A DNA stretch of 57,264 nucleotides, taken from NCBI GenBank assembly GCA_050304855.1, contig JBNLEI010000252.1, positions 1 to 57,264 of the forward strand. Reading direction: 5' to 3'. This stretch comes from Methylococcaceae bacterium. Its GTDB lineage: Bacteria > Pseudomonadota > Gammaproteobacteria > Methylococcales > Methylomonadaceae. How positions within the stretch are numbered: the first letter of the stretch is position 1; every line of letters starts with the position of its first letter. Of the stretch, positions 1 to 10,101 are shown piece by piece. The translations under genes were made by a program, and so were the position numbers. The notes beneath the pieces were generated by a model. It was not told the DNA's origin and did no database searches. It saw only the letters and a program-made list of their open reading frames with translations.

Positions 1-412
1 CAGCCGCTGTTTCGCCGCAAGGCGCAATGGAGGAAAGTCCGGGCTCCATAGGGCAGGGTGCCAGGTAACGCCTGGGGGGCGCGAGCCTACGGAAAGTGCC
101 GCAGAAAATATACCGCCCGCTTCCTAGTCGGAGAGGTGCGAAAGTGCGTAGCAGTTCAGCTTTGCTGAGCTGTTTGTGTTTCGTTCCAATCCGGCAAGCA
201 TAGGATCGGGTAAGGGTGAAAAGGTGTCGGTAAGAGCGCACCGCGCCGCCGGTAACGGTGGTGGCAGGGTAAACCCCACCCGGAGCAAGATCAAATAGAG
301 GAGCATACGCGTGGCCCACGCGGTTCCCGGGTAGATTGCTCGAGCTGCAGGGTGACTTGCAGCCCAGATGAATGGCTGTTCACGACAGAACCCGGCTTAC
401 AGGCCAACTCAT
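1..412 (+). ncRNA. rnpB: RNase P RNA, bacterial type A (5' end cut by window edge)
   Basis: Universal motifs GAGGAAAGTCCGGGCTC (30-46), GGAAAGTGCCGCAGAAA, GGTAAGGGTGAAAAGGTG, GGTAAACCCCACCCGGAGCAAG and 3' ACAGAACCCGGCTTAC followed by the P1 strand GGCCAACTC (~410). Confidence 0.97.
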
Positions 413-489
413 TCCCATTCTATTCATTTCCGACGATTGTTAATCCGAAGCGACCCTTAGGCGTTGAGACCACTTACTGAAACTGTTAG

Positions 490-511
490 AAGTGTGACGA
501 AGATCTCATTT
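490..511. promoter_or_regulatory. CRP/FNR-family (CRP-like) binding site candidate
   Basis: AAGTGTGACGAAGATCTCATTT: TGTGA-N6-TCTCA, 17/22 identical to the E. coli CRP consensus AAATGTGATCTAGATCACATTT; target unclear. Confidence 0.4.
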
Positions 512-1325
512 TGTTTTGTGGGGCAAGGGTTCGCCGTTGGAATAGTTCTGGTCTTTGCCGTTGCTTGACGACAAATTTGAAATCCGTGCTCGTTATTAGG
601 CTAAGTACATCTTGCTGTCGGCCGGTTTGACTAATTTTCTGCATTGGGGAAGACTTGTAGGCCGACTTTCGCTATGCCTATATTGAGGGTAAATTGGGTT
701 CTTTTTTGCCGAATTCGGCAATGACCCGTTAGCAGATATGTTTACCGCCATGAATAGCGCATTTGAGCGGAGTAATACAAAATTCATCGCACTCTTAATT
801 GTCTCTTCTTGTTTACTGCTTTGAAATCGTCAACATCAAAATAAATAAAGATACGTTCAATATTTGCTTCAATGAACGAATTTATAACTAATGAGTCAGC
901 GTATGTCTTGTTTTTTTAAGGTTAAGTAGTTCCCTTATGCGCGATATTTCCTCATCCTTGATCTGCATTTTTCAATTAGGTTTATCAGTTTTTTTCATTG
1001 GTTTTTCTTATTCGCACAATGGCGGATAGAGACAAGTATAGGTTTTAAACCATGTCGTTTTAAAAGCGACGAATCTATTGGCGCAACTTTATAAAGCATT
1101 GAGTTTTTGAGTAAAGAGTACGGTAAATGCGGATATTTAGTGTGCTTATTTATTAGCTATTTCTTATGTGATGAATTTGTTTTTTCCTATAAATGACGTC
1201 AAATTGATTTTTTAACTTTTTGAAAGTGATGGTTTTTTGAGGAAAGTTATTTTCTTTGTCAAGAATGTTTGGCGAAAATTATGTAAGTCATTGTTGAAAA
1301 AGAAAGAATTAATAGTTAATCCGTC

Positions 1326-1354
1326 TTGACTAATGCGATATTGAAATCTATAGT
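1326..1354 (+). promoter_or_regulatory. sigma70 promoter of the dcw operon
   Basis: TTGACT (1326-1331), 17 nt spacer, TATAGT (1349-1354), about 60 nt upstream of mraZ. Confidence 0.8.
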
Positions 1355-1389
1355 GGTCCTCAAGTGGAATAAAGTGGAAAAAAAGGGAG
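1352..1389 (+). promoter_or_regulatory. MraZ autoregulatory direct repeats
   Basis: AGTGG / AAGTGG / AAGTGG / AAGGG repeats at ~10-nt period just downstream of the -10 box, matching known MraZ boxes. Confidence 0.75.
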
Positions 1390-1413
1390 ATTTTTGGGTT
1401 TTCGGAGACGCTG

Positions 1414-1881
1414 TTGTTTCGTGGAATAAGCACAATCAATTTAGATGCAAAAGGTCGCATCGCAGTTCCCACCCGCTATCGGGAGGAGCTACAGGATTGT
1501 TGCGAACGCCAGTTAGTGGTGACTGTGGCGGTTGACGAGAAATGCGTCGGCGAACCGGGTTGTCTGTGGCTATATCCACTACCGGAATGGGAGCGGTTGG
1601 AACATACCATCAGTAAATTGCCGACATTGAACAAAATGGCGGGTAAGTTACGTCGTTTTGTCATCGGTAATGCTACTGAATGTGAAATGGATAATCAGGG
1701 ACGGCTGCTGTTGCCTGAAAAATTGAGAAAATTTGCCGGCATGGAAAAGCACATCGTGTTGGTAGGTCAGTTGAATAAATTCGAAATTTGGAACGAAGAA
1801 TCCTGGCAGGCCAAAGAGAATGAATGGCTCGACGGCGACGATAATGAAGGGCTGGAAGAGCTTGGGTCGTTGTCATTTTAG
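1414..1881 (+). CDS. mraZ: division/cell wall cluster transcriptional repressor MraZ
   Basis: MFRG..NLDAKGRIAVP and DNQGRLLLP SpoVT-AbrB repeats; TTG start after GGAGA; first gene of dcw. Confidence 0.96.
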   Translation: MFRGISTINLDAKGRIAVPTRYREELQDCCERQLVVTVAVDEKCVGEPGCLWLYPLPEWERLEHTISKLPTLNKMAGKLRRFVIGNATECEMDNQGRLLLPEKLRKFAGMEKHIVLVGQLNKFEIWNEESWQAKENEWLDGDDNEGLEELGSLSF

Positions 1882-1892
1882 GCCGACATTTG

Positions 1893-2819
1893 ATGGAGCA
1901 CTTGCCGGTTTTATGTGAAGAAGTATTGCAATCCCTAAAGATTAAGCCGGATGGGTTGTATGTGGATTGCACTTTCGGGCGGGGCGGACACAGTCGGGCG
2001 ATTTTGAACGAATTAAGCGAATCGGGTCGATTGGTGGCCTTCGACCGAGACCCGGAAGCGGTCGAATCCGGCTATGCCAAGGAGTTAAGTAAGGACAGGC
2101 GTTTTACATTGTATTACGGTTGCTTTTCCGGACTGGCTGCTGCGGTTGATCGCTTTGGCGGCTTCGGTTCGGTGAATGGAGTGCTGATGGACTTAGGTGT
2201 TTCTTCGCCGCAACTGGATAATCCCGAGCGGGGGTTCAGTTTTTTACAGGACGGGCCACTGGATATGCGAATGGATGGGAACACCGGGATCTCGGCGGCG
2301 GAGTGGCTTGCGCAAGTCGATGAGGCAGAGTTGGTCAGAGTGCTGTTTGAGTGCGGCGAAGAACGTTTTTCACGCAGAATCGCACGCGCTATCGTTGAAA
2401 GACGGCGGCAGCAGCCGCTTCGAACAACTTTGCAATTGGCGAAGCTGATTGAAGAAGCGATAACTTTTCGCGACAAGCATAAGCATCCGGCAACGCGGAC
2501 TTTTCAAGCGATCAGGATGGAAATCAATCAGGAGCTGCAGGAAATCAGGGCGGGGCTTGAGCAGGCGGTGAATGTGATGGCACCGGGAGGACGGTTGGTG
2601 GTGATCTCGTTTCATTCGTTGGAAGACAGGATAGTGAAACGTTTTATCAGGACTGAAGCGGGGCGAAAATCCAACCCGGGCAGGCTACCCGTACAGGAAA
2701 AGGATATCGAGCAAGGTCGATTAATAGCCGTAGGTAAGGCCATTCGGGCCGGAGATGACGAGTTGCAGAGGAATCCTCGGGCGCGAAGTGCGGTGATGAG
2801 GGTCGCGGAGAAGCGTTAA
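1893..2819 (+). CDS. rsmH: 16S rRNA m4C1402 methyltransferase RsmH
   Basis: HLPVL, VDCTFGRGGHS, DLGVSSPQLD, PLDMRMD, ISFHSLEDRIVK, NPRARSA motifs. Confidence 0.97.
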   Translation: MEHLPVLCEEVLQSLKIKPDGLYVDCTFGRGGHSRAILNELSESGRLVAFDRDPEAVESGYAKELSKDRRFTLYYGCFSGLAAAVDRFGGFGSVNGVLMDLGVSSPQLDNPERGFSFLQDGPLDMRMDGNTGISAAEWLAQVDEAELVRVLFECGEERFSRRIARAIVERRRQQPLRTTLQLAKLIEEAITFRDKHKHPATRTFQAIRMEINQELQEIRAGLEQAVNVMAPGGRLVVISFHSLEDRIVKRFIRTEAGRKSNPGRLPVQEKDIEQGRLIAVGKAIRAGDDELQRNPRARSAVMRVAEKR

Positions 2820-3091
2820 TGGCGAATATGAAAGCTGTTACGTTAGCAGGATTGGGTGCTGTCCTGTTGCTGTCGGCGTTGGCGGTCATTTACAGCAAAT
2901 ATCAGGCGCGGCGGATATTTATAGATATCCAGAACATGGAAAAAAAACTCGACCATTATGAGGTCGAGTGGGGGCGTTTACAGTTGGAACTTACCATGTT
3001 GACTGCCGAAAACCGGGTTGAGATCGAGGCGACTAAAAGATTGAAGCTGGTCATGCCCGAGCGTGAAAAAATAATTTATATAAAACCGTAA
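2819..3091 (+). CDS. ftsL: cell division protein FtsL
   Basis: One TM helix plus coiled coil (EWGRLQLE..RVE..A..L.L..P); lies between rsmH and ftsI. Confidence 0.92.
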   Translation: MANMKAVTLAGLGAVLLLSALAVIYSKYQARRIFIDIQNMEKKLDHYEVEWGRLQLELTMLTAENRVEIEATKRLKLVMPEREKIIYIKP

Positions 3092-4813
3092 ATGCTGATT
3101 GACAGAGGCGATAAAGCTACCAAAGTCAGAAACGCCGATTTGGCCTTGAGAAGAAAGCTGTTGCTGGGCGTGATGCTCTTCGGTATGTCGGCTTTGGTTG
3201 TAAGAGCGGTGCATTTACAGGTGTTTGACAAGGAGTTTTTGCAACAAAAAGCGTTGCGTCAGCATGTGGATGAAGTTGCAGTACCTGCCTATCGAGGGAA
3301 GATTCTGGATCGGAACGGAGAGCCTTTGGCGATCAGTTCCCCGGTTCAGTCGATCTGGGTAAATCCCCAACAGATAAGGGAAGAGGATAAGCAGAAACTG
3401 AGGCAGGTTGCCGCCATGTTGGAAATAGGTAAAAGCAAAATTAAGGCGTTGTTTAACGAAAAGTCGGGACGGCAGTTTGTCTATCTTAAGCGGCGAATTA
3501 ATCCCGATCTGGCGGCAAAAATTAAGGCTTTGAATGTCAGTGGCATTAATTTTCAAAAGGAATTCAAGCGCTTTTATCCTGCGGGGGAAGTATCGGGGCA
3601 TCTACTGGGTTTCACCGATGTTGACGATGTCGGTCAGGAGGGCATGGAACGAGCCTATGAAGCCAGTTTGCGAGGGATTGCCGGGAAAAAGCATGTGATT
3701 AAGGACGGTCGCGGCCAAGTCATTAAGGATGTTGAAAATATTGCAGAGCCGGTAGCGGGACAAGATCTGAGTTTAACGATAGATCAGAGGCTTCAATATC
3801 TGGCTTACCGGGAACTGCAGGCGGCTTTCGTGAAACATAAAGCGAATTCGGCTTCGTTGGTCGTGTTGGATGCGAAAACAGGAGAGGTTTTGGCGACAGT
3901 GAATCAGCCGGCATTCAATCCGAATACCCGAAAAGGGCTGAACGGCAGATTTTATCGAAATCGAGCCGTGGCCGATGTGTTTGAACCGGGATCGACGGTA
4001 AAACCGTTTGTTATTGCAGCAGCATTGGACGGAGGTTACATCAGTCCGGATGCGGAGATTGAAACGCACGGATTTTTTAGGGTTGGTAGGAATTTGGTGC
4101 GTGACGTTCACAATTACGGAACGCTGGATTTAACGCATGTGCTGAAAAAATCCAGTAATGTGGCGGTCAGCAAAATCGCTTTACAGATGCCTTCGGAATA
4201 TTTCTGGGGGATTTATCACAAGCTGGGTTTTGGGACGTCTGCCGCGGTGGGGTTTCCGGGAGAGGCGGCGGGTGCTTTGCAGGATTTTAGAGACTGGAAC
4301 AGTTTTGAGCAGGCGACAATGTCGTTTGGATACGGTCTTTCGACCTCGTTGCTGCAACTGGCCAAGGCCTATACCGCATTGGCGGATAACGGCATTCTTC
4401 ACTCGGTGACTTTGTTACACCGCGATGAGGATTATGACGCGCGCAGAATATTTAGTGCGTCGACAGCCAAAAGCGTCAGGGAAATGCTCGAACATGTGCT
4501 TGAAAAAGGAGGAACAGCCTACCAAGCGAGGGTCGACGGCTATCGGGTGGCGGGTAAAACCGGAACAGTAAAAAAAGCTGCCGCCGGTGGTTACGCTGAC
4601 GATTTGTATCTTTCCGTGTTTGTCGGTTTGGCGCCAGTGAGTGACCCTCGGTTCGTGGTTGCGGTAATGGTGGACGAGCCGGCAGCCGGCGATTATTACG
4701 GTGGACTGGTTGCCGCCCCTGTTTTTGCAAAAGTGATGGCAGGTGCCCTAAGAGCGTATGGAGTTACGCCCGATAAAGAAGACACCATGCCGGTGTTGCT
4801 GACAAAAAGATAA
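3092..4813 (+). CDS. ftsI: penicillin-binding protein 3 (FtsI)
   Basis: RGKILDRNG, EPGSTVK (SxxK), SSN (SxN), GKTGT motifs. Confidence 0.96.
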   Translation: MLIDRGDKATKVRNADLALRRKLLLGVMLFGMSALVVRAVHLQVFDKEFLQQKALRQHVDEVAVPAYRGKILDRNGEPLAISSPVQSIWVNPQQIREEDKQKLRQVAAMLEIGKSKIKALFNEKSGRQFVYLKRRINPDLAAKIKALNVSGINFQKEFKRFYPAGEVSGHLLGFTDVDDVGQEGMERAYEASLRGIAGKKHVIKDGRGQVIKDVENIAEPVAGQDLSLTIDQRLQYLAYRELQAAFVKHKANSASLVVLDAKTGEVLATVNQPAFNPNTRKGLNGRFYRNRAVADVFEPGSTVKPFVIAAALDGGYISPDAEIETHGFFRVGRNLVRDVHNYGTLDLTHVLKKSSNVAVSKIALQMPSEYFWGIYHKLGFGTSAAVGFPGEAAGALQDFRDWNSFEQATMSFGYGLSTSLLQLAKAYTALADNGILHSVTLLHRDEDYDARRIFSASTAKSVREMLEHVLEKGGTAYQARVDGYRVAGKTGTVKKAAAGGYADDLYLSVFVGLAPVSDPRFVVAVMVDEPAAGDYYGGLVAAPVFAKVMAGALRAYGVTPDKEDTMPVLLTKR

Positions 4814-6304
4814 ATGGAATTGACGGAATTGTTGGCGGGGCTGACGAAAGTCGACGCTGCAGTTGAGATTAGCGGTTTAGCGTTGGACAGCCGGCAAGTC
4901 GAGCCGGGTTTTGCCTTTTTCGCGCTGTCGGGTTCGACTCAACATGGCATGGTCCATCTGCGGCAGGCAATAAATAATGGCGCGGCGGCTGTGATTTTTG
5001 ACCCTGCCGGCGGCGGTAGGGATTATGCAGAGGAGATGAAAACCCCTGTGCTGATCGAGCTGCCGAATTTGGCGGAATGCTTGGGACAGATAGCGGCACG
5101 GTTTTATCGAGATCCGTCGCAGTTTATGGCGGTGATCGGTGTTACCGGAACCAACGGAAAAACAACTTGTAGCCAGTTTTTGGCACAGGCTCTGCCGGAT
5201 TGCGGTGTGATCGGAACCATGGGGTGGGGAAGTTGGGGAGAGCTGAAGACGACTGTCAACACCACGCCGGATGCGTTGGCAATCCAGGGAATGTTGAGCG
5301 AGTTACGGCGAGAGCAAAAAAAACACGTCGCCATGGAGGTTTCTTCGCATGGATTGGAGCAAGGCAGGGTGAACGGCGTATGTTTTAAAGGGGCGCTGTT
5401 CACTAATTTGAGCCGGGATCATTTGGATTATCACGGTTCAATGGCGAATTATCTCGCCGCGAAGAAAAAACTGTTTTCGTGGCCGGGACTTGAGTTTGCC
5501 GCGGTCAACTTGGATGACCTTAACGCGGAAGCATTGTTGGACGGGATTCCGGAAACAGTAAAGGTTTGGGGGTATACCCAGAAAGGATGCGACGGATCGG
5601 TTGCCGAGCGGGTTTATGCGGAAAACATTGAGCATGAGCTAAATGGAATAACGTTTGAGTATCGATGGCAAAATCGGCGTTACCAAGTACGAACACCGAT
5701 TGCCGGCGTGTTCAATATGGAGAACGTATTAGCGGTGCTGACCGTAATGCTGGCGATGGGCGTGTCACCGGAGGAGGTGGCGAAAAGACTGAAAGACCTG
5801 AAGCCGGTAACGGGCAGAATGGAGAATTTTGGAGGCCGGAACAGACCGACGGTTTTTGTCGATTACGCCCACTCGCCGGATGCAGTGGACAAAGTCCTGG
5901 CAGGATTGAAACCCCATTGCCGGGGTGAACTGAAAGTGGTTTTTGGTTGCGGCGGAGACCGCGACCGCGGAAAGCGGGCCGAAATGGGGGCCGCAGCGGA
6001 AAAATGGGCGGATAAAGTATTCGTCACCGACGACAATCCTCGCTCGGAGAACCCCGAACAGATTGTCGACGATATTTTAAAAGGGTGCCATAGCGGTAAA
6101 GTGACTGTGATTCATGATCGGCGACTGGCGATACGGACGGCGATTGACAACGCGCAACGGCTGGACTGCATTGTCATTGCAGGGAAAGGCCATGAACGTT
6201 ATCAGGAAATTGGCGGTATCAGGACTCCGTTCAGCGATCAGCAGGTGGTAAGAGAAGTATTGGCTCAATGGTGTGTAGGTAACGATGAGAATGAAGCTCA
6301 GTGA
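4814..6304 (+). CDS. murE: UDP-MurNAc-dipeptide:diaminopimelate ligase MurE
   Basis: GVTGTNGKTT, MEVSSH, FTNLSRDHLDYH, DYAH, DNPR (DAP specificity), AGKGHE. Confidence 0.96.
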   Translation: MELTELLAGLTKVDAAVEISGLALDSRQVEPGFAFFALSGSTQHGMVHLRQAINNGAAAVIFDPAGGGRDYAEEMKTPVLIELPNLAECLGQIAARFYRDPSQFMAVIGVTGTNGKTTCSQFLAQALPDCGVIGTMGWGSWGELKTTVNTTPDALAIQGMLSELRREQKKHVAMEVSSHGLEQGRVNGVCFKGALFTNLSRDHLDYHGSMANYLAAKKKLFSWPGLEFAAVNLDDLNAEALLDGIPETVKVWGYTQKGCDGSVAERVYAENIEHELNGITFEYRWQNRRYQVRTPIAGVFNMENVLAVLTVMLAMGVSPEEVAKRLKDLKPVTGRMENFGGRNRPTVFVDYAHSPDAVDKVLAGLKPHCRGELKVVFGCGGDRDRGKRAEMGAAAEKWADKVFVTDDNPRSENPEQIVDDILKGCHSGKVTVIHDRRLAIRTAIDNAQRLDCIVIAGKGHERYQEIGGIRTPFSDQQVVREVLAQWCVGNDENEAQ

Positions 6305-7649
6305 AATAGCATCGGCTGTTCAGGGCGACCTGATAGGAAACGATCGGATGATCGAGTCCATCGGTATCGATACTCGTTCGCTACAACCGGGAGATTTATA
6401 TATAGCCATCAAAGGAGAAAATTTTGATGGCCATGATTTTATCAATGCGGCTAAAGAGGCTGGCGCTGCGGCGCTTGTCGTAGAACGTCGATTTGAAACC
6501 GATTTGCCTGAAGTGATCGTGCCCAAAAATACTCGTCTGGCTTTGGCGGAAATTGCCGGTGCTTGGCGAAGCCGAATGCCGGTTAAAGTGGTGGGTGTCA
6601 CTGGGAGCAACGGCAAAACAACCGTGAAGGAAATGATTGCCGCTATTTTGTCGGTTAATGATGAAGTGCTGTTTACACGGGGCAATTTGAATAACGACAT
6701 CGGCGTGCCGTTAACGTTGCTGCGTCTTGATGAGAATCATCGCTATGCGGTTATTGAAATGGGGGCGAATCATCGAGGTGAAATTGCTTATACCAGTCGT
6801 TATGCAAAACCTGATGTTTCTATCATTACTAACGCCGGTGCCGCTCATATAGAAGGGTTCGGCAATTTGCAGGGGATCGCGGAGGCCAAAGGAGAAATTA
6901 TCGAAAGCCTGTCGAGTGACGGGACGGCGATACTGAATAGGGACGATCGATTTTATGATTTTTGGCTTCGTTTGGCCGATGGGCGGAAAAGTGTATCGTT
7001 CGGAACAAATCCAATAGCCGATGTATACGCTGAAAATATTGATTTTCGTGTACATGATCGTGAATTTGAGACCGCTTTTGATCTGGTGACTGCCTTAGAA
7101 CGAATGCCAATGCTGTTGAAGCTGGCGGGACTCCACAATGTGACCAATGCGTTGGGGGCGGCGGCCGCGGCGCTGCAATTCGGGATAGGTTTGGAACAGA
7201 TCAGAGAAGGACTGGCGGCCATGAAGCCGGTAACCGGTCGATTGCAGCCCATCGTAGGAAGGCATGGAAACATCATTATCGATGATAGCTATAACGCCAA
7301 CCCGAGTTCATTGAAAGCGGCTTTGGAAGTGTTGGTTCAATGTGGAGGAGAGCCGTGGGTGGTGCTGGGCTCGTTTGGTGAATTGGGCAAGGAAAGTCCT
7401 GCATTACACAGGGAAATTGGCGAATTATGCAGAGAAATGAAGATTGTGCGCTTGCTTGCAACTGGCCCTGATGCCGGACATTGTGTCGATGCTTTCGGCA
7501 AAGGGGCCGCTTTTTTTGCGACGCAGGAAGAATTGATTGCGTCGTTGCAGCAAGAATTAAAAGGGAATGAAGCCGTATTAATCAAGGGTTCGCGGGCTCG
7601 AAAAATGGAAAAAGTTGCAGCCGCGCTAGTGGAAAACTTCAGGGAATAA
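6285..7649 (+). CDS. murF: UDP-MurNAc-tripeptide:D-Ala-D-Ala ligase MurF
   Basis: [45 protein letters not shown]. Confidence 0.96.
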   Translation: MRMKLSEIASAVQGDLIGNDRMIESIGIDTRSLQPGDLYIAIKGENFDGHDFINAAKEAGAAALVVERRFETDLPEVIVPKNTRLALAEIAGAWRSRMPVKVVGVTGSNGKTTVKEMIAAILSVNDEVLFTRGNLNNDIGVPLTLLRLDENHRYAVIEMGANHRGEIAYTSRYAKPDVSIITNAGAAHIEGFGNLQGIAEAKGEIIESLSSDGTAILNRDDRFYDFWLRLADGRKSVSFGTNPIADVYAENIDFRVHDREFETAFDLVTALERMPMLLKLAGLHNVTNALGAAAAALQFGIGLEQIREGLAAMKPVTGRLQPIVGRHGNIIIDDSYNANPSSLKAALEVLVQCGGEPWVVLGSFGELGKESPALHREIGELCREMKIVRLLATGPDAGHCVDAFGKGAAFFATQEELIASLQQELKGNEAVLIKGSRARKMEKVAAALVENFRE

Positions 7650-7651
7650 CG

Positions 7652-8734
7652 ATGCTACTTTATTTGACAGATTACTTGATGCAGTTCGACGGAGGTTTCA
7701 GGGTTTTTCAATACCTGACTTTCAGAGCAATTTTAGGCGCGTTAACGGCCCTTTTGATTTCTTTTATGGTTGGTCCGGTCATGATCCGAAAATTGACGCG
7801 GAATAAAATCGGACAAAGCGTTCGTGAAGAAGGGCCGGAAAGCCATTATGAAAAAGCCGGTACCCCGACTATGGGGGGTGCTTTGATTTTAGTCGCGATC
7901 GCAGTTAGCACTTTATTGTGGAGCGACTTTGAAAATCGTTATGTCTGGGTGGTGCTGTTGGTCACGATGGGACATGGCGTAATCGGTTTCATCGATGACT
8001 ATCGTAAGGTTGCAAAGGGTAATAGCGACGGCTTGTCCGCTCGTGCGAAATATTTTTGGCAGTCCGTCATTGCATTAAGTGCCGGTATTTTTTTATTCCA
8101 GACTGCGCTCGTACCCGCTGAAACGCAATTTATCGTGCCGTTTTTTAAAGATGTCAAGCTGGATATGGGCTGGATGTATGTGGTATTGACGTATTTTGTC
8201 GTCGTCGGTACCAGTAATGCAGTCAATCTGACTGACGGTTTGGATGGGTTGGCGATTATGCCGACGGTTATGATTGCCGCGGCCCTGGCTATTTTTGCCT
8301 ATTTATCCGGCCATATCGATTTCGCTCAATATTTAGCTATTCCCTATTTGCCGGAATCGGGCGAATTGATCGTATTTTGCGCCGCGTTAGTCGGGGCAGG
8401 ATTGGGTTTTTTATGGTTCAACGCTTATCCTGCGATGGTGTTTATGGGAGACGTCGGCGCGCTTGCCTTAGGAGCGGCTTTAGGCATGGTCGCCGTGTTG
8501 GTGCGTCAGGAAATTGTTCTAATGATTATGGGTGGTGTGTTTGTAGTGGAAACGGTTTCGGTCATTATCCAGGTTGCGTCTTATAAAATGCGAGGCAAGC
8601 GGGTGTTTTTGATGGCTCCGATTCATCATCATTATGAATTGAAAGGTTGGCCGGAGCCGCGAATCATCGTCAGGTTTTGGATTATCACCGTGATTCTGGT
8701 TCTGATCGGTTTAGCGACGTTGAAGTTGAGATAA
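7652..8734 (+). CDS. mraY: phospho-MurNAc-pentapeptide transferase MraY
   Basis: [41 protein letters not shown]. Confidence 0.97.
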   Translation: MLLYLTDYLMQFDGGFRVFQYLTFRAILGALTALLISFMVGPVMIRKLTRNKIGQSVREEGPESHYEKAGTPTMGGALILVAIAVSTLLWSDFENRYVWVVLLVTMGHGVIGFIDDYRKVAKGNSDGLSARAKYFWQSVIALSAGIFLFQTALVPAETQFIVPFFKDVKLDMGWMYVVLTYFVVVGTSNAVNLTDGLDGLAIMPTVMIAAALAIFAYLSGHIDFAQYLAIPYLPESGELIVFCAALVGAGLGFLWFNAYPAMVFMGDVGALALGAALGMVAVLVRQEIVLMIMGGVFVVETVSVIIQVASYKMRGKRVFLMAPIHHHYELKGWPEPRIIVRFWIITVILVLIGLATLKLR

Positions 8735-8736
8735 AC

Positions 8737-10101
8737 ATGGATAGCGCGATTTTGTTGACAGCATTGGACGAAAAATTCGGCTTGAAGCAGACCGAAGCCA
8801 AGGTCGTGGTTGTCGGGTTGGGTGCTACCGGATTTTCTGTCGCTAGATTTTTGCATGATTGGCAAATTAGTTTTGCTGTAGTCGACAGTCGGGATAAGCC
8901 ACCGTTAATTGATCAGCTGGTCGAGGAAATGCCCGATGTGCCGGTTTTCACCGGCGGTTTCGACAAAGCAGCCTTACAGGTCGCCACGCATTTGGTGGTT
9001 AGCCCCGGGGTCTCATTGAATGAAGCATTCATTCTTAAGGCTGTGGCGGCAGGGATCAGGATATTCAGTGATATCGATCTGTTCGCTTGTGCCACCGAAA
9101 CGCCTGTGGTGGCGATTACCGGGTCCAACGGTAAAAGTACGGTCACGACGATGCTCGGTGTTATGGGTAATGCGGCGGGCCTTAAGACGCTCACCGGTGG
9201 TAATTTAGGAACGCCGGCCTTGGATTTATTGAGTCAGGATGCCGATCTATATGTACTGGAATTGTCCAGCTTTCAGTTAGAGCGGACCAGCGCGCTAAGC
9301 GCCAAGGCAGCCACTGTATTGAATGTGTCTGCGGATCATCTCGATAGACACGAGGGGATAGCCGGATACGCTGAGGAAAAACAACGTATTTTTCGCGGCA
9401 ATGGTTTGATGGTTCTGAATGCAGACGACGCTGTCGTCATGGCGATGCAAGAGGCAGGCAGGGAATGTCTGACGTTTTCAGTCAAAGCTAGAGCAAATTT
9501 TTGGCTCGATAACGAATCGGATAACTTAATGAATGAAGATCAGGTTCTGATGTCGAGGTGGGAATTACCGTTGGAAGGTAAGCACAATGTGGCCAATGCA
9601 CTGGCTGCGCTGGCATTAGGCAGTGCAATAGGGTTGAACCAAGCGAGCATGTGCGAAGCCTTGAAAACATTCCGAGGCTTGGATCACAGGATGCAGAAAG
9701 TCGCTGAAATAAAGGGCGTCAATTGGGTGAACGACTCAAAGGCGACAAATATCGGCGCTTGTGTTGCGGCTCTCCAAGGGTATGACAGAAAAGTGATTTT
9801 GCTTGCTGGGGGCGACGCCAAAGGTGCGGATATGAACGAGTTAGTCCCTGCGGTCAGAGAAAAAGCCAAGGCGGTTATATTGATGGGTAAAGATGCTCAA
9901 TTGATTGCTAACGCACTCAATCATTGTGTCCCCGTTTATTTTGCTGCCGATATGAAAGAGGCTGTCATGATCGCTGCCGAAATGACAGAGGCCGGAGATA
10001 GCGTTTTGTTGTCGCCCGCCTGTGCCAGTCTCGATCAATATAAAAGTTACATAGATCGCGGCGAAAAATTTACCGCTGCGGTTCTGGAGTTGGCGGCATG
10101 A
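8737..10101 (+). CDS. murD: UDP-MurNAc-L-Ala:D-Glu ligase MurD
   Basis: GLGATG, AITGSNGKSTVT, ELSSFQLE, DHLDRH, NDSKATN, LLSPACAS; start moved to ATG 8737 just after the mraY stop. Confidence 0.95.
   Translation: MDSAILLTALDEKFGLKQTEAKVVVVGLGATGFSVARFLHDWQISFAVVDSRDKPPLIDQLVEEMPDVPVFTGGFDKAALQVATHLVVSPGVSLNEAFILKAVAAGIRIFSDIDLFACATETPVVAITGSNGKSTVTTMLGVMGNAAGLKTLTGGNLGTPALDLLSQDADLYVLELSSFQLERTSALSAKAATVLNVSADHLDRHEGIAGYAEEKQRIFRGNGLMVLNADDAVVMAMQEAGRECLTFSVKARANFWLDNESDNLMNEDQVLMSRWELPLEGKHNVANALAALALGSAIGLNQASMCEALKTFRGLDHRMQKVAEIKGVNWVNDSKATNIGACVAALQGYDRKVILLAGGDAKGADMNELVPAVREKAKAVILMGKDAQLIANALNHCVPVYFAADMKEAVMIAAEMTEAGDSVLLSPACASLDQYKSYIDRGEKFTAAVLELAA

Noticed and set aside
124-306. 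60-aa minus-strand ORF
   Set aside because: Antisense shadow of rnpB.
596-787. 63-aa minus-strand ORF in the rnpB-mraZ spacer
   Set aside because: No clear SD, no recognisable motif, and a length expected by chance.
8647-8736. Longer upstream starts in the ORF track for murD (also murC, ddl, ftsQ, ftsZ, hoxY, ctpA, aroK, ald)
   Set aside because: Most overlap the previous gene or a terminator and none adds family-like sequence; downstream ATGs fit homology and translational coupling.
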